This document shows, piece after piece, positions 63,918 to 64,000 of a DNA stretch of 64,000 nt. The stretch's first letter is position 1, and every line of letters starts with the position of its first letter. The notes beneath the pieces are model-generated. The model worked only from the letters and a program-made list of their open reading frames with translations. It ran no database searches and was not told where the DNA came from. Source of the stretch: Macrostomum hystrix (taxonomy: Eukaryota; Animalia; Platyhelminthes); contig CATNEN010000003.1 in assembly GCA_950097015.1 (NCBI GenBank), positions 10,168,001 to 10,232,000 on the forward strand. Reading direction: 5' to 3'. A program made the translations under genes and the position numbers.

Positions 63918-64000
63918 GGCCTAAAGTTCAATGGTCACTGGCCTGAATTTTGATGGTCACTGGCCTGCATTTTGATGGTCACTGGCCTGTATTTTGATGG
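63918..64000. repeat. 22-bp minisatellite, same family as 49305-49616; runs off the window end
   Basis: atggtcactggcctg.attttg. Confidence 0.85.

Overview
Eukaryotic (animal) genomic DNA with spliced genes, poly-Q tracts and many short-period minisatellites. The style is consistent with a free-living flatworm such as Macrostomum, but that identification is inference only. All recognisable genes are on the minus strand. From left to right they are: EMC4 (2 exons, first exon has no ATG at its start), cytoplasmic isoleucyl-tRNA synthetase IARS1 (10 coding exons, with different minisatellites in most introns), a homogenised 84-bp C2H2 zinc-finger array gene, a Smaug/Vts1-like SAM-domain gene, an SLC22-type MFS transporter, an orphan low-complexity ORF with an upstream RFX X-box, and a three-exon gene. 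In that last gene, phase-matched splice sites join about 14 ankyrin repeats to a Mab-21/cGAS-like nucleotidyltransferase with GS/DxD/D motifs. This is a candidate ankyrin-sensor cGAS-like receptor (cGLR) and is the main finding; relic sequences suggest nearby paralogues. Mobile DNA includes a 5'-truncated RT-RNaseH non-LTR retrotransposon inside a (CAA)n microsatellite, two tRNA-derived SINE families, an hAT-like MITE with an 8-bp TSD, and a palindromic foldback element. Most long ORFs in the supplied track are satellite read-through artefacts. Exon boundaries were derived by eye from GT/AG signals and reading-frame phase.
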